NCBI GenBank assembly: GCA_041690135.1
Contig: JAWLHY010000001.1
Span: 896,001 to 960,000, forward strand
Origin: Armatimonadota bacterium
GTDB lineage: Bacteria; Armatimonadota; SYMT01
Reading direction: 5' to 3'
DNA: 64,000 nucleotides
In this document: one piece after another, positions 21,404-30,525 of the stretch
Position numbering within the stretch: position 1 is the first letter of the stretch
Layout of the letters: each line of letters opens with the position of its first letter
Notes under the pieces: model-generated
Seen by the model: the letters and a program-made list of their open reading frames with translations, nothing else
Databases searched by the model: none
What the model was told of the DNA's origin: nothing
Made by a program: the position numbers and the translations under genes

Positions 21404-22366
21404 ATGAAAGCGATCCGTGTGCAAGAATTTGGCGCTCCCGCCGTGATGCGGCTGGAAGAAGTAGCGGACCCGCAGCCCGGCGCCGGACAGGTGCTGGTAC
21501 GCGTGAAGGCAGCCGGAGTCAACCCGGTCGATACCTACATCCGCTCCGGCATCTACGCCAACCGCCCACCGCTCCCCTATACGCCCGGGTCGGATGCCGC
21601 GGGAGTGGTGGAAGCCGTGGGGGAAGGAGTCACCGCGTTTGCTCCTGGCGACCGGGTGTATACTTCCGGCACTCTCAGCGGGGCTTACGCGGAGCTCGCC
21701 CTGTGCAGCGAGGCGCAGTTGCACACGCTGCCGGAAAGGGTTTCCTTTGAGCAGGGCGCCGGCGTGAACGTACCCTACGCCACGGCCTACCGCTCGCTCT
21801 TCTATCGGGCGCACGCGCAGCCGAATGAAACCGTCCTGGTGCATGGGGCTTCCGGCGGGGTGGGCATCGCCGCTGTCCAGATCGCGGTCGCGCATGGCAT
21901 GTGGGTCTTCGGAACGGCCAGCTCGGAGCGCGGACAGGAGCTGGTCCGCGCCCAGGGCGCCCAACACGTTCTCGACCACAGCGATCCGGGATACCTCCAG
22001 CAGGTTCTGGACCTGACCGGGGGCCAGGGGGTGGATCTGATCCTGGAGATGCTCGCGAACGTAAATCTGGGGAAGGACCTGACGGTCCTGGCGAAAGGCG
22101 GACGGGTGGTCGTTATCGGCTCCCGCGGCACCGTCGAGATCAACCCGCGAGATGTGATGGCACGGGACGCCGCGATCCTGGGAATGCTCCTGTTCAACGC
22201 GAGCGAGAAGGAACTGGCCGCCATCCATGCCGCCCTGGTCGCGGGTCTCGCCAACGGCTCGCTCAATCCGATTGTGGGAGAGGAGATCCCACTGGCAGAT
22301 GCCCCGCGGGCGCACGAAGCGGTGATGGCGTCCGGCGCCTACGGTAAGATCGTGCTGAAGCCTTGA
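21404..22366 (+). CDS. NADPH:quinone reductase (zeta-crystallin/MDR family)
   Basis: MKAIRV, GVNPVDTYIRSG, VLVHGASGGVG, GKIVL. Confidence 0.92.
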   Translation: MKAIRVQEFGAPAVMRLEEVADPQPGAGQVLVRVKAAGVNPVDTYIRSGIYANRPPLPYTPGSDAAGVVEAVGEGVTAFAPGDRVYTSGTLSGAYAELALCSEAQLHTLPERVSFEQGAGVNVPYATAYRSLFYRAHAQPNETVLVHGASGGVGIAAVQIAVAHGMWVFGTASSERGQELVRAQGAQHVLDHSDPGYLQQVLDLTGGQGVDLILEMLANVNLGKDLTVLAKGGRVVVIGSRGTVEINPRDVMARDAAILGMLLFNASEKELAAIHAALVAGLANGSLNPIVGEEIPLADAPRAHEAVMASGAYGKIVLKP

Positions 22367-22501
22367 GGGTGTTCAGGCGTTGGGCGCCCGGGAGCCAACA
22401 GGTAAGCGGCGTGGGGGCCTTTGCCTGAACGAACCTGAGAGGCAGGTGGATCGCCTGAAGGAGTGGAGAGAGTTGGAGATCCAGCCCCGGAGACACTCGG
22501 A

Positions 22502-23146
22502 ATGCAACAGCCGCCTGAATATCCTGGTCCCCCATCCAACAGTCCCCACCTGCCGCCCTCCGCGCCGGGATCTCCTCCCAGCCGGCGGGGAGCACCCTGG
22601 TGGGCCTGGCTGCTTGGTGGATGTGCGGGCTGTGGCGTCGTTACCGCGGTGTTGGTGTTCTTTCTCGTAACGTCCGCTACCGGCCTGGTGCGTTCCATTA
22701 ACACTAACGTAGGGTCAGTCACGGTCGACACTGTGCAGCAGTCCCTGGGCGAGGTGCCCCTCTACCCGGGCAGCCAGCTCGATGAAGACCAGACGCGAGC
22801 CCTTATCCTCACCCTGCGCGCGGGGGAGAACCTGGTCGGCAGGATGTCCGGAAAAGATGTCCAGGGGATGTTCTCCGGCCTGGCGATGCTCTCCACTGCG
22901 GACCCGCCGGAAAAGGTCCTGGCCTACTACGACCAACGGTTGCAGGCAGCGGGCTGGAAAGTCTCTCGCTCCCAGGATACGGCCTTCCAGGAACAGCGGA
23001 TCTACACCCGGGGTGGGGAGTCGGTGATCGTTCAGACCCAGCAGCAACCCGGCGGAACGATCATCACGCTCATGCGCGGTGGGCGTGGAATGCAGGCGCC
23101 GGCTGGCGGAGCAACCCCGAAAAACAGCCCGGTGAACGAGGAGTAG
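22502..23146 (+). CDS. Membrane-anchored hypothetical protein
   Basis: Pro-rich N-terminus, GGCAGC TM helix, VPLYPGS and V.AYY...L..AGW motifs. Confidence 0.7.
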   Translation: MQQPPEYPGPPSNSPHLPPSAPGSPPSRRGAPWWAWLLGGCAGCGVVTAVLVFFLVTSATGLVRSINTNVGSVTVDTVQQSLGEVPLYPGSQLDEDQTRALILTLRAGENLVGRMSGKDVQGMFSGLAMLSTADPPEKVLAYYDQRLQAAGWKVSRSQDTAFQEQRIYTRGGESVIVQTQQQPGGTIITLMRGGRGMQAPAGGATPKNSPVNEE

Positions 23147-23151
23147 CGCAA

Positions 23152-23517
23152 GTGTTCGTGAGAAACCTGGATGCCTGCGAAGTGATCACGGCCAACGACC
23201 TGACGGAGCTTCGGGAACTGTTCCACCCCGGGAAGGATGCACTGCCCGTCGGCTACAGCCTTGCCCACGCCGTGATCCGGCCGGGCGAACGATCGGTCCG
23301 GCACCACCTGGAGGGGGCGAGTGAGGTGTATTACCTGCTCTCCGGCAGGGGGAAGATGCACATCAATGCCGAGGTGCGGGAAGTACGTGCGGGAGACGCT
23401 CTGTTGATCCCGGCCGGAGCAGTACAATACCTGGAGAACACCGGAGACGAGGACCTGGCCTTCCTGGCGATCGTCGAGCCGGCGTGGCGCGCGGAGATCG
23501 ACGTCCGCGACGAGTGA
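23152..23517 (+). CDS. Cupin domain protein
   Basis: HHL...EVYY.LSG.G and G..LLIPAG motifs. Confidence 0.88.
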   Translation: MFVRNLDACEVITANDLTELRELFHPGKDALPVGYSLAHAVIRPGERSVRHHLEGASEVYYLLSGRGKMHINAEVREVRAGDALLIPAGAVQYLENTGDEDLAFLAIVEPAWRAEIDVRDE

Positions 23518-23527
23518 ACCGGACAAT

Positions 23528-23553
23528 AAAAAAGCCGCCCACAGAGGGGCGGC
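23528..23553 (-). terminator. Rho-independent terminator
   Basis: GCCGCCC/GGGCGGC stem followed by T6 on the minus strand. Confidence 0.75.
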
Positions 23554-23703
23554 CAAGCACTGGCTGATCAAGAAGGAGTAACACGCTTCATCCTTCCAGC
23601 CCTATCTTAGCCAGATTTGCCGCATCCCAAACTTGATTTGCGCAAATCTTTTATGCCGGTGATATTACGCCTCCTCGCAGCCCTGGCGAGAGGCTGAATC
23701 AGA

Positions 23704-23729
23704 AGGGGGAAGGCGGGTGCCTTCCCCCT
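23704..23729. terminator. 11-bp hairpin downstream of the 23792 gene
   Basis: AGGGGGAAGGC-GGGT-GCCTTCCCCCT; weak U tract. Confidence 0.5.
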
Positions 23730-23791
23730 CGTTCTTCTCCGCACCTACGCGTGCGCAGGTCTCGGGAAGCACCACCGGTCTCTCTTCAGGA

Positions 23792-24997
23792 TCAATCTTC
23801 CGCCGGAGGCGTTTTCGCCTGCACGGTGAACCCACCCACGGCTACAGGCCCCGTGAGCGTGAGCACGGGATCCCCTTCGATCTGGAGGTAAGCCGTATCG
23901 GGGCTCAGCCGGCTATTTCCGTTGTCGATGATCGTAAGCGTGAAGGCTCGGCCACGCACCCGGTTAACGGTCGCGACACCTGTAATCACTGCCCGGTTTC
24001 CGTTGAAGACTTCCACCGACTGGATGCGGGTACTCCGCACGTGGAGCCGTGCCCGCGGGTCCAGGAAGACAAAACTTCCCACCGGCTTCTTCCGCAGCGA
24101 GTTCGCGCGCACGTTGAAGATCGCCCGGTTCTCGCCGACCTGCAGGATCGAGTTGCCCGCGACCAGGCCCGGGAAGCCCGCCTCGGCCACCAGTTGATCC
24201 GAAACAAACCAACCGCCCTGTCCGTTGGGCGTGAAAACGATCGTCAGCCCCTCCAGGTCGGAGTCCTCGGGAACGTCAGCATCGATGTCGAAGTGCTCAT
24301 ACACGGTGCCCTCCGTGCCCGTGTTGAAGTTCCGGTTCGCCGACAGATCGATCTCCGCCGGAATGGTCGGCTCACCTGCCGCTCTTACCTCTTTCACCGG
24401 TCCCCCGCCGGGAAGATCGCCCGGCGTCACCCCAACCAGGATGTCATCGCCTCCGGAAGGGGCGTCGACGGTGGAGATGAGCACTCGTCCGTCCTGCAGG
24501 ATCTGGATCTGGAAGGTGTTGATGATACTTTCGTCGTCATAGGTGGGCACCTGCTCCCAGGTGAACACCGCACGGTCCGGGAAGAGGCGGTAACGCACGG
24601 CACCGCCGTCCCGCGGGTCCAGGTCGTGCCAGGCGCCGGCGATGCGGGGGCCTTCCGTTACGAATTCGAACGGATCGCCGTCACAGCAATCGTCGTCGTC
24701 GTTGTCGCCCAGCCAGATGAACCCGTTGTCGGTGACCGTCACCTGGGTGTAGACCTGCCCCTGGAACGGAAAGTTGAAGCCCAGGTCGATGAGCGCTGTA
24801 TCGTCATCTCCGAACTCCAGGTTGGTGCCCGTGTCAACTTCATAGTACGGGGGCAAGGGCACCTTAACGCCGGCTTCCGCCCGGCGGGGCTGTACCGCAC
24901 CGCTAAAAACCAACCCACCGAGCGCCGCACAAAGCACGCCCGTACCCAGGGCGCGCTTCGCCCCGGAACGCATCCACGAAGTCCTCTTCAGCAACAT
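23792..24997 (-). CDS. Secreted acidic protein with nidogen(NIDO)-like region and beta-rich C-terminal domain
   Basis: Signal peptide; LGFNFPF.G..YT.V.V..NGFI, IAGAWHDLDP, NTFQI.I..DG. Confidence 0.7.
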   Translation of the reverse strand: MLLKRTSWMRSGAKRALGTGVLCAALGGLVFSGAVQPRRAEAGVKVPLPPYYEVDTGTNLEFGDDDTALIDLGFNFPFQGQVYTQVTVTDNGFIWLGDNDDDDCCDGDPFEFVTEGPRIAGAWHDLDPRDGGAVRYRLFPDRAVFTWEQVPTYDDESIINTFQIQILQDGRVLISTVDAPSGGDDILVGVTPGDLPGGGPVKEVRAAGEPTIPAEIDLSANRNFNTGTEGTVYEHFDIDADVPEDSDLEGLTIVFTPNGQGGWFVSDQLVAEAGFPGLVAGNSILQVGENRAIFNVRANSLRKKPVGSFVFLDPRARLHVRSTRIQSVEVFNGNRAVITGVATVNRVRGRAFTLTIIDNGNSRLSPDTAYLQIEGDPVLTLTGPVAVGGFTVQAKTPPAED

Positions 24998-25218
24998 CCG
25001 GAAAATCCTCGCGCACAGAGGTACCGCTTCTCCGGCACTCCCCTGGCAGTTACATCCAAGCGGGGTTTATCGACCACCAGTCAAAGATGACTTCTGGTCA
25101 ATAAGACCCTCGTTGTCTGCAGCCCTGGCGGCTGCCTCCTCTATCCTTATCGCGCTTCGAAGAGTTCCGTGTAGTTCTGCCAGGCAGCAACCGGCTGATT
25201 TCCACCCAAAGGGGGAAG

Positions 25219-26574
25219 CTAGCGGTCGAAGTACGGGTAGTCAACCAGCACCCGCCGCAGCTCTTCGGCCGTGGTGTGGCCTTCGCGGACGAGCTTACGC
25301 CCGGCGTCCGGAAGCGAGCCCGTCTCTCCGGGGAACAGAGCCGCTCCCAGCAACCCGGTTGCCTCACCCGCCGTGATCTTTTTCCGCACTTCCTCGTCCA
25401 CTTCGACCATTTCATAGAAAGGGAGACGACCGTGATATCCGCTACCGGAGCAGGCGTCGCAGCCCGCACCCCGCAAGAAGGCCCCCCCACCCGGTTCCAG
25501 CCCCACCGATTGGAGCAACGCTGAGTCCGGGTCGTACTCGACGCGGCACTGCCGGCACGAGTGCCGGACCAGGCGCATGCCAATCAGCCCTATCAGTACC
25601 GATCCCAGTTGAAACCGGCTGGCGCCTGCTTCGCGGAGTTGTTCGAGGATTTGTAAAGCACTGGCGGCGGTCATCTGAGTCAGCACCAGATGTCCCGTGA
25701 CTGAAGTGCGAATCGCCAGGTCCAGGGTCTCCCGGTCCGGCAGATCCCCCACGAAGACCACATCCGGGTCGCAGCCCCGAAGCAGGTGGCGGAGCGCGGC
25801 GGCGAAGGAGAGGCCGCGGTCAACATCAACCTGGGTTTGCGAGAGCCCTTCCAGCCGGTAAGCGACCCGTTCCTCCAGAGTCATCAAGTTGGCTCCGCCC
25901 GCTTCCCGGTCCAGGAGGTGCTGGAGGATTCCGTAGATCAAGGTTGTCTTGCCGCTCCCGACGGGCCCCCCTACAACCAGGAGCCCATTCGGTTGCCGAA
26001 GAATCCGGTACAGCGTTTCGGTTTGACGAGGCGAAAGGTGCATCCGCTCCAACGGAGGAGGGCGCCTCTCAACCGGGACCATCCCGAGCGTCAGGTGCTC
26101 GCCGAAGACGGTAGGCATCACGGCCAAGCGCACGTCGTACTCTCCAGCCTGGTGAGGAACGATGAATCTTCCGGCTTGCGGTAGATCATGCCGCTCCAGG
26201 TCGCACTGAGCCAGCAGTTTGAACCGGTCGACCACCGGCTTCCATTCGTTGCGGGAAAGGGATGCGAAAGGCTCCAGGCGGCCGTCGATCCGGAAGGAGA
26301 TAGCAAGCTCGGACCGGCGGGGCGCCAGGTGGATATCCGTAGCTCCCTGCTGAAGGGCGTCCTGGAGGAGCGAGTGGGCCAACCGGACGATACTCGCTTC
26401 TCGGGCTCCTTCCAGCGTCTCCAGCACTTCCCGTTCCCGACGCACCTCCTCGCGTAGCCGGGGATCCGTGGTGAGCAGCCCTTCGAAGGCTTCCAGTTCG
26501 GCTCCCGCAAGCTCACCGCGAAAGAACGGCAGAATATTCTCTCGAGCCCATTCCGGATCAAGCTGGCGCTTCAT
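25219..26574 (-). CDS. Anti-sigma-like N-terminal domain fused to a degenerate GspE/PilB-family ATPase
   Basis: GATDIHL.P, FRIDG, GPVGSGKTT, DPDVVFVG, TGHLVL, CRQC..CDAC zinc motif, GHTT.EEL.RV; N-terminus ILPFFRGEL...E...FE..L...P..REEV. Confidence 0.85.
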   Translation of the reverse strand: MKRQLDPEWARENILPFFRGELAGAELEAFEGLLTTDPRLREEVRREREVLETLEGAREASIVRLAHSLLQDALQQGATDIHLAPRRSELAISFRIDGRLEPFASLSRNEWKPVVDRFKLLAQCDLERHDLPQAGRFIVPHQAGEYDVRLAVMPTVFGEHLTLGMVPVERRPPPLERMHLSPRQTETLYRILRQPNGLLVVGGPVGSGKTTLIYGILQHLLDREAGGANLMTLEERVAYRLEGLSQTQVDVDRGLSFAAALRHLLRGCDPDVVFVGDLPDRETLDLAIRTSVTGHLVLTQMTAASALQILEQLREAGASRFQLGSVLIGLIGMRLVRHSCRQCRVEYDPDSALLQSVGLEPGGGAFLRGAGCDACSGSGYHGRLPFYEMVEVDEEVRKKITAGEATGLLGAALFPGETGSLPDAGRKLVREGHTTAEELRRVLVDYPYFDR

Positions 26575-27142
26575 CTCCTTGATGTCCTTCCTCTGCATCC
26601 AGAGCATCCACGGCGCGCCGCAGCCGGCGGAGCGCTTCCGACATCCGCGACTTGACCGTCCCGAGCGGAATGCCGAGTTGCGCGGCGACCTCGGCATAGC
26701 TCATTTCTTCAAACTGACAGAGCTCAAAAACCACCCTGTACCGGGCGGGGAGCTCCGAGACCGCACTTAGCAGGTGATGGAGGCGGTCCCGGCCCAACGC
26801 AACGGCCTGCGGGTCCCGGGAAGCAAAGGCTGTTTCCGCCATTGCTTCCTCCAACCGGACCGGCGAAGGGTCCCGGCGGAACTTCTTCCGCTGGTTCCAC
26901 CAGAAGTGGCGGGCAATCTGAAACAAGTAAGCCGAGAAACTACCCGACGGTTCATAGCGCTCCCGGGTCCGCCACAGGCGAAATAGAGTTTCCTGGGTGT
27001 AGTCGTCCGCAAGAGACCGGTCGGCAAGCAAGGAAGCGAAGAACCGTTGGAGCGGTTCCCGGTGGCGGGCAGTGAGTTCGCGGAAGGCCGTTACGTCCCC
27101 CTCCCGGACTCGCAGCATCAGTTCGATGTCGGTTGGCTCCAT
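26558..27142 (-). CDS. ECF RNA polymerase sigma factor
   Basis: Region 2 ADDYTQETLFRLW..SFSAYLFQIARH; region 4 LP..R.VF.L....MSYAEVA..LGIPLGTVKSR. Confidence 0.95.
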   Translation of the reverse strand: MEPTDIELMLRVREGDVTAFRELTARHREPLQRFFASLLADRSLADDYTQETLFRLWRTRERYEPSGSFSAYLFQIARHFWWNQRKKFRRDPSPVRLEEAMAETAFASRDPQAVALGRDRLHHLLSAVSELPARYRVVFELCQFEEMSYAEVAAQLGIPLGTVKSRMSEALRRLRRAVDALDAEEGHQGDEAPA

Positions 27143-27216
27143 GCGTGGCGATCCCGTTCCCTCATGCTCCTTAGTTCTCGCCCGCACGCAAAGTTCGATA
27201 CCGTTAACCGGAAATC

Positions 27217-28026
27217 TTGAGAAAGGCGTACCTCTTGCCTGCCAATTCCTCGAAAGTCGTGTTGATCACTGGCGCCAGCAGCGGGCTGGGGGCCGCCGCT
27301 GCCCAGGCGTGTGCCGCCGCCGGGCATCGCGTCGTGCTGGCCGCCCGCCGCATGGATCGTCTCCAACAGGTTGCCGATGCCATTGGCCGCTCCGAAAATG
27401 TCTTGCTGATTCCCACCGACATCCGCAGTCTCGAGAGCATTCAAGCCATGGTGCGGATTGCCGAGGAGCGGTTCGGACAGATCGACGTCCTGGTAGCCAA
27501 CGCCGGGGTCGGTAAGTGGGAGCCGCTACACGATAGCAACGAGGACACGCTCCTCTGGCAGATGGACGTAAACGTGTTGGGCGTGGTCCGGTGTGCCCGC
27601 GAGGTGCTGCCAGGAATGCTCCAGCGGAAGAGCGGACACATCATCACCGTCGCCTCCGTAGCCGGAGAGATCCCCTCCGCGGGGACTTCCATCTACTCGG
27701 CGACCAAGGCCGCGGTGATTGGATTTTCCGAGGGACTGCGCCGCGAGGTGGAAGCGTCCGGCGTCCGGGTCACCTGCATTCAGCCCGGGTTCATTCAGAG
27801 CGAGATGACCGAGGGGAACCCTTTCCCAATGCCGCCGGCTTCCGTCGTAGGGGATCTCGTGGTGCGGCTCATCCGGCGGCCGGTACGACGCGCGGTGGTC
27901 CCCCGCTGGTATGGCGCCGGGATCTGGCTCAACCGTTTTCTCCCGGCCTGGATCGATCTCATCGCCTGGAGCATGCATCAGAGGATCGCCGATCATGCTA
28001 AGGAACGTGGCGCTTCCGAGTCGTAG
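27217..28026 (+). CDS. SDR family oxidoreductase
   Basis: ITGASSGLG, ANAG, YSATK. Confidence 0.9.
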   Translation: MRKAYLLPANSSKVVLITGASSGLGAAAAQACAAAGHRVVLAARRMDRLQQVADAIGRSENVLLIPTDIRSLESIQAMVRIAEERFGQIDVLVANAGVGKWEPLHDSNEDTLLWQMDVNVLGVVRCAREVLPGMLQRKSGHIITVASVAGEIPSAGTSIYSATKAAVIGFSEGLRREVEASGVRVTCIQPGFIQSEMTEGNPFPMPPASVVGDLVVRLIRRPVRRAVVPRWYGAGIWLNRFLPAWIDLIAWSMHQRIADHAKERGASES

Positions 28027-28034
28027 CCAAACCC

Positions 28035-28094
28035 AACCGCCAAGACGCCGAAAACGCCAAGAGAAAGGAAGTAGCGAGCTCAAGTCTTGGCGGT
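28035..28094. repeat. CGCCAAGA-type intergenic palindromic repeat
   Basis: ACCGCCAAGA (28036-28045) with exact inverse TCTTGGCGGT (28085-28094) and a tandem second CGCCAAGA. Confidence 0.45.
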
Positions 28095-28157
28095 ACGACG
28101 AGATGCGGATGTTATTTGGTCTTCATTCGAAATCCATAGCGACGAGAGTTCTGGCGA

Positions 28158-29975
28158 GTGGACATAAGAAGAGCGGACAACCCGGATAGGAAGGACGGCA
28201 GGGTCACCCTTGGGGCCTCGGGCCTAGAAGGGTGCCGGCTCCGGCAACCGTGGCTCAAGACACTGGGCGCCCTTGCCTGGGGGCTCATGCTCTCCGGATG
28301 CGGAAAAGGGCTGCCTGGTTCGCCGCCTTCCTCCCCCCTTCGCTTCACCGCCCTCGGTCCCGAGACGGGGGTTACCTTTCGGCACGATGCCGGCGCGGAC
28401 GGATCGCAGCAGCTCCATCAACAGTTGGGGGGAGGGTGCGCCGTCTTCGATTTCAATAACGACGGCTGGCTCGATCTCTACTTCGTGCAGGGTGCCCCAC
28501 CCACCGGAGATGGCCAGGACCCCCGTTGGAGCAACCGCCTCTATCAGGGCGGCCCTGGGTGGCGATTCACGGATGTCACGGATCGGGCCGGGGTTGCGGG
28601 CCGCATTGGTACCGGCAAATCCTTTGGCGTTGGCTGTGCCGTCGGCGACTGGGATCGGGACGGCGATGAGGATCTACTCGTCACCACGCGAGACGGCATC
28701 CTCTTCTATGGCAATCAGGGTGACGGTACGTTCCGTGACGAGAGCGTGAATGCCGGGCTGCCGCAAGAGGGGTTCTGGACGAGTGCCACCTTCCTGGACT
28801 TTGACCGCGACGGCTGGCTGGATCTCTACCTCTGCCGGTACACGCCGCCCGGAGCAAAGACCAACACTCCGCCGGCCTCCGCCGGTTCCAAGCCGACTCC
28901 GGATTCGGAAAATCCGGCGCGGACGACCTCACGGCTCTACCGCAATGTGGGGGGGCAGGTGTTTCGGGACGTTACCGCGGAGGCCGGCACGCTGGAGCCG
29001 AACAGTCACGCCCTGGGGGTCCTGGCCAGTGACCTTGACGGAGACGGTTGGCCCGACCTTTGCGTCACCAACGACGGAGTGCGCAACTTCCTCTTCCGCA
29101 ATGACCGTGGGGTCTTTCTGGAACGGGGGCGTGATGCGGGCGTGGCGGTGGACGAGTCGGGGGTGGCCCGTCCCAGCCGGGGCCTTTGCGGAGCCGACGT
29201 TAACGGTGATCTGGCTCCCGACCTGTTTTTGACTACCGGAGAACGCCATCCTAACTTACTCTTCCTCGGCGGGAATGATCTAACCCTAAAGGAAGGCGCG
29301 GCTGCGGCGGGACTGTCGCCCGACACCTCCATGTCCGCGTGGGGCTCCGCTTTCGCCGACTTCGATCTCGACGGTCGGACCGATCTGGTGGTGCTGGGAG
29401 GTGCGTCCCAGCAAGCGGTTGGCGCGGGTTCGGCAGCGGGCGGTGCGCAGCGTCCCCGGCTCTACCGGGGTGAGGGCGGCGGCATGTTCCGGTCGGCCGG
29501 GGAACAGGCGGGGTCCTGGTTCCGGGAAGCGCACGATGGGCGCGGGATCGCAACCGGTGACCTGGATCAGGATGGGGACCTGGACCTGGTCGTAACGCGT
29601 CTGAACGGTACGCCGGTCCTGCTTCGCAACGACCACCGAGCGAAGAACCACTGGCTCCAGCTACGCCTAGTGGGGACCGAGAGCAATCTCTCCGGGATCG
29701 GGGCTCGGGTGACGGCTATCGTGGATGGCCAGCCACGCATGGCAGAGGCCCGCTCCGGGGCCGGCTATCTCTGCGCGCAGAGCCCTACCGTCGCTTTCGG
29801 CCTGGGCACTGCGCAGGCCCTGGACGGTCTGGAAGTTCGCTGGCCCTCCGGGGCGGTGGACGCGCTTCCGCCCGTGCTCGGCGACCGGGTCATCATCCTG
29901 AAGGAAGGCGGCGACCTTCTGCCCACTCCGACCTCTTCTGCAGAACCCCAGGCACGTGGCAGTCTGAAGCGCTAG
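28158..29975 (+). CDS. CRTAC1-family FG-GAP/ASPIC-UnbV protein
   Basis: Repeated DxDxDGxxDL motifs; C-terminal N..GIGARV...GAGYL.....FGLG....LEVRWPSG. Start uncertain. Confidence 0.9.
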   Translation: MDIRRADNPDRKDGRVTLGASGLEGCRLRQPWLKTLGALAWGLMLSGCGKGLPGSPPSSPLRFTALGPETGVTFRHDAGADGSQQLHQQLGGGCAVFDFNNDGWLDLYFVQGAPPTGDGQDPRWSNRLYQGGPGWRFTDVTDRAGVAGRIGTGKSFGVGCAVGDWDRDGDEDLLVTTRDGILFYGNQGDGTFRDESVNAGLPQEGFWTSATFLDFDRDGWLDLYLCRYTPPGAKTNTPPASAGSKPTPDSENPARTTSRLYRNVGGQVFRDVTAEAGTLEPNSHALGVLASDLDGDGWPDLCVTNDGVRNFLFRNDRGVFLERGRDAGVAVDESGVARPSRGLCGADVNGDLAPDLFLTTGERHPNLLFLGGNDLTLKEGAAAAGLSPDTSMSAWGSAFADFDLDGRTDLVVLGGASQQAVGAGSAAGGAQRPRLYRGEGGGMFRSAGEQAGSWFREAHDGRGIATGDLDQDGDLDLVVTRLNGTPVLLRNDHRAKNHWLQLRLVGTESNLSGIGARVTAIVDGQPRMAEARSGAGYLCAQSPTVAFGLGTAQALDGLEVRWPSGAVDALPPVLGDRVIILKEGGDLLPTPTSSAEPQARGSLKR

Positions 29976-30066
29976 CGGTCTGCAGATCGCTAGCGGCCCC
30001 GCCAGCCGATCCACCGGAGCACCCCAAGTGAGCGCATTCGCTGATCGACTGTTTGATGCAACGCAA

Positions 30067-30240
30067 TTGAGGTGTGTCCAGGACTACGACGAGAGCACCT
30101 TGCCCTACAACTCCACCGGCGGCACCGGGGCGGCGGGAGCCCGGAACTGGGAAATCGAGCTGCAGCCGTTCATCAAGAATGCACAGATCTTCCGATGCCG
30201 CAGCGTGCAGGCACTGCACGGCTACAGTTACAGCATGTCC
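30067..30240 (+). pseudogene. Fragment of a DUF1559/prepilin-type gene
   Basis: VQDYDE...W...LQPFIKNAQIFRC core, without the N-terminal pilin helix or C-terminal H-x-DG motif. Confidence 0.55.
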
Positions 30241-30372
30241 GTGTCGCCCGACCCTACCACTCACCGCACCCCTAACCAAAATCCTCGTCCAAAATTGCCC
30301 GCAGGTTCTCCCATTCGCTGCATTCGCCCAATTCGCGGATCGCCCGTTCCCACCAACCCCCGCCCCTTTCAA

Positions 30373-30401
30373 TTGACGCCTATACTTCCGTTTGGTACAA
30401 T
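30373..30401 (+). promoter_or_regulatory. Sigma70 promoter upstream of the lepA leader
   Basis: TTGACG-17 nt-TACAAT with a TGn extension. Confidence 0.8.
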
Positions 30402-30406
30402 ACGCC

Positions 30407-30525
30407 GTCTTCCCGGGCGGCACCCTGTGCCCGTGGTTACTGGCCGCCTGGCGCGAGTGTGAAGAATCGGGTGGTGCGGTAAAGAAAACCGCCCGCAGCG
30501 CGCAGGCCCGCAGGGGCCTTTTTTT
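30407..30525 (+). ncRNA. Putative structured leader/sRNA ending in an intrinsic terminator
   Basis: Lies between a strong promoter and AGGCCC-GCAG-GGGCCT-T6; two GC-rich stem-loops can be drawn. Family not recognised. Confidence 0.55.
30504..30525 (+). terminator. Intrinsic terminator/attenuator just before lepA
   Basis: 6-bp stem plus T tract ending 22 nt before the lepA ATG. Confidence 0.7.

Noticed and set aside
19841-22315. 841-aa and 656-aa extended ORFs
   Set aside because: Upstream extensions overlap real genes on the opposite strand; true starts are near 21404 and 21178.
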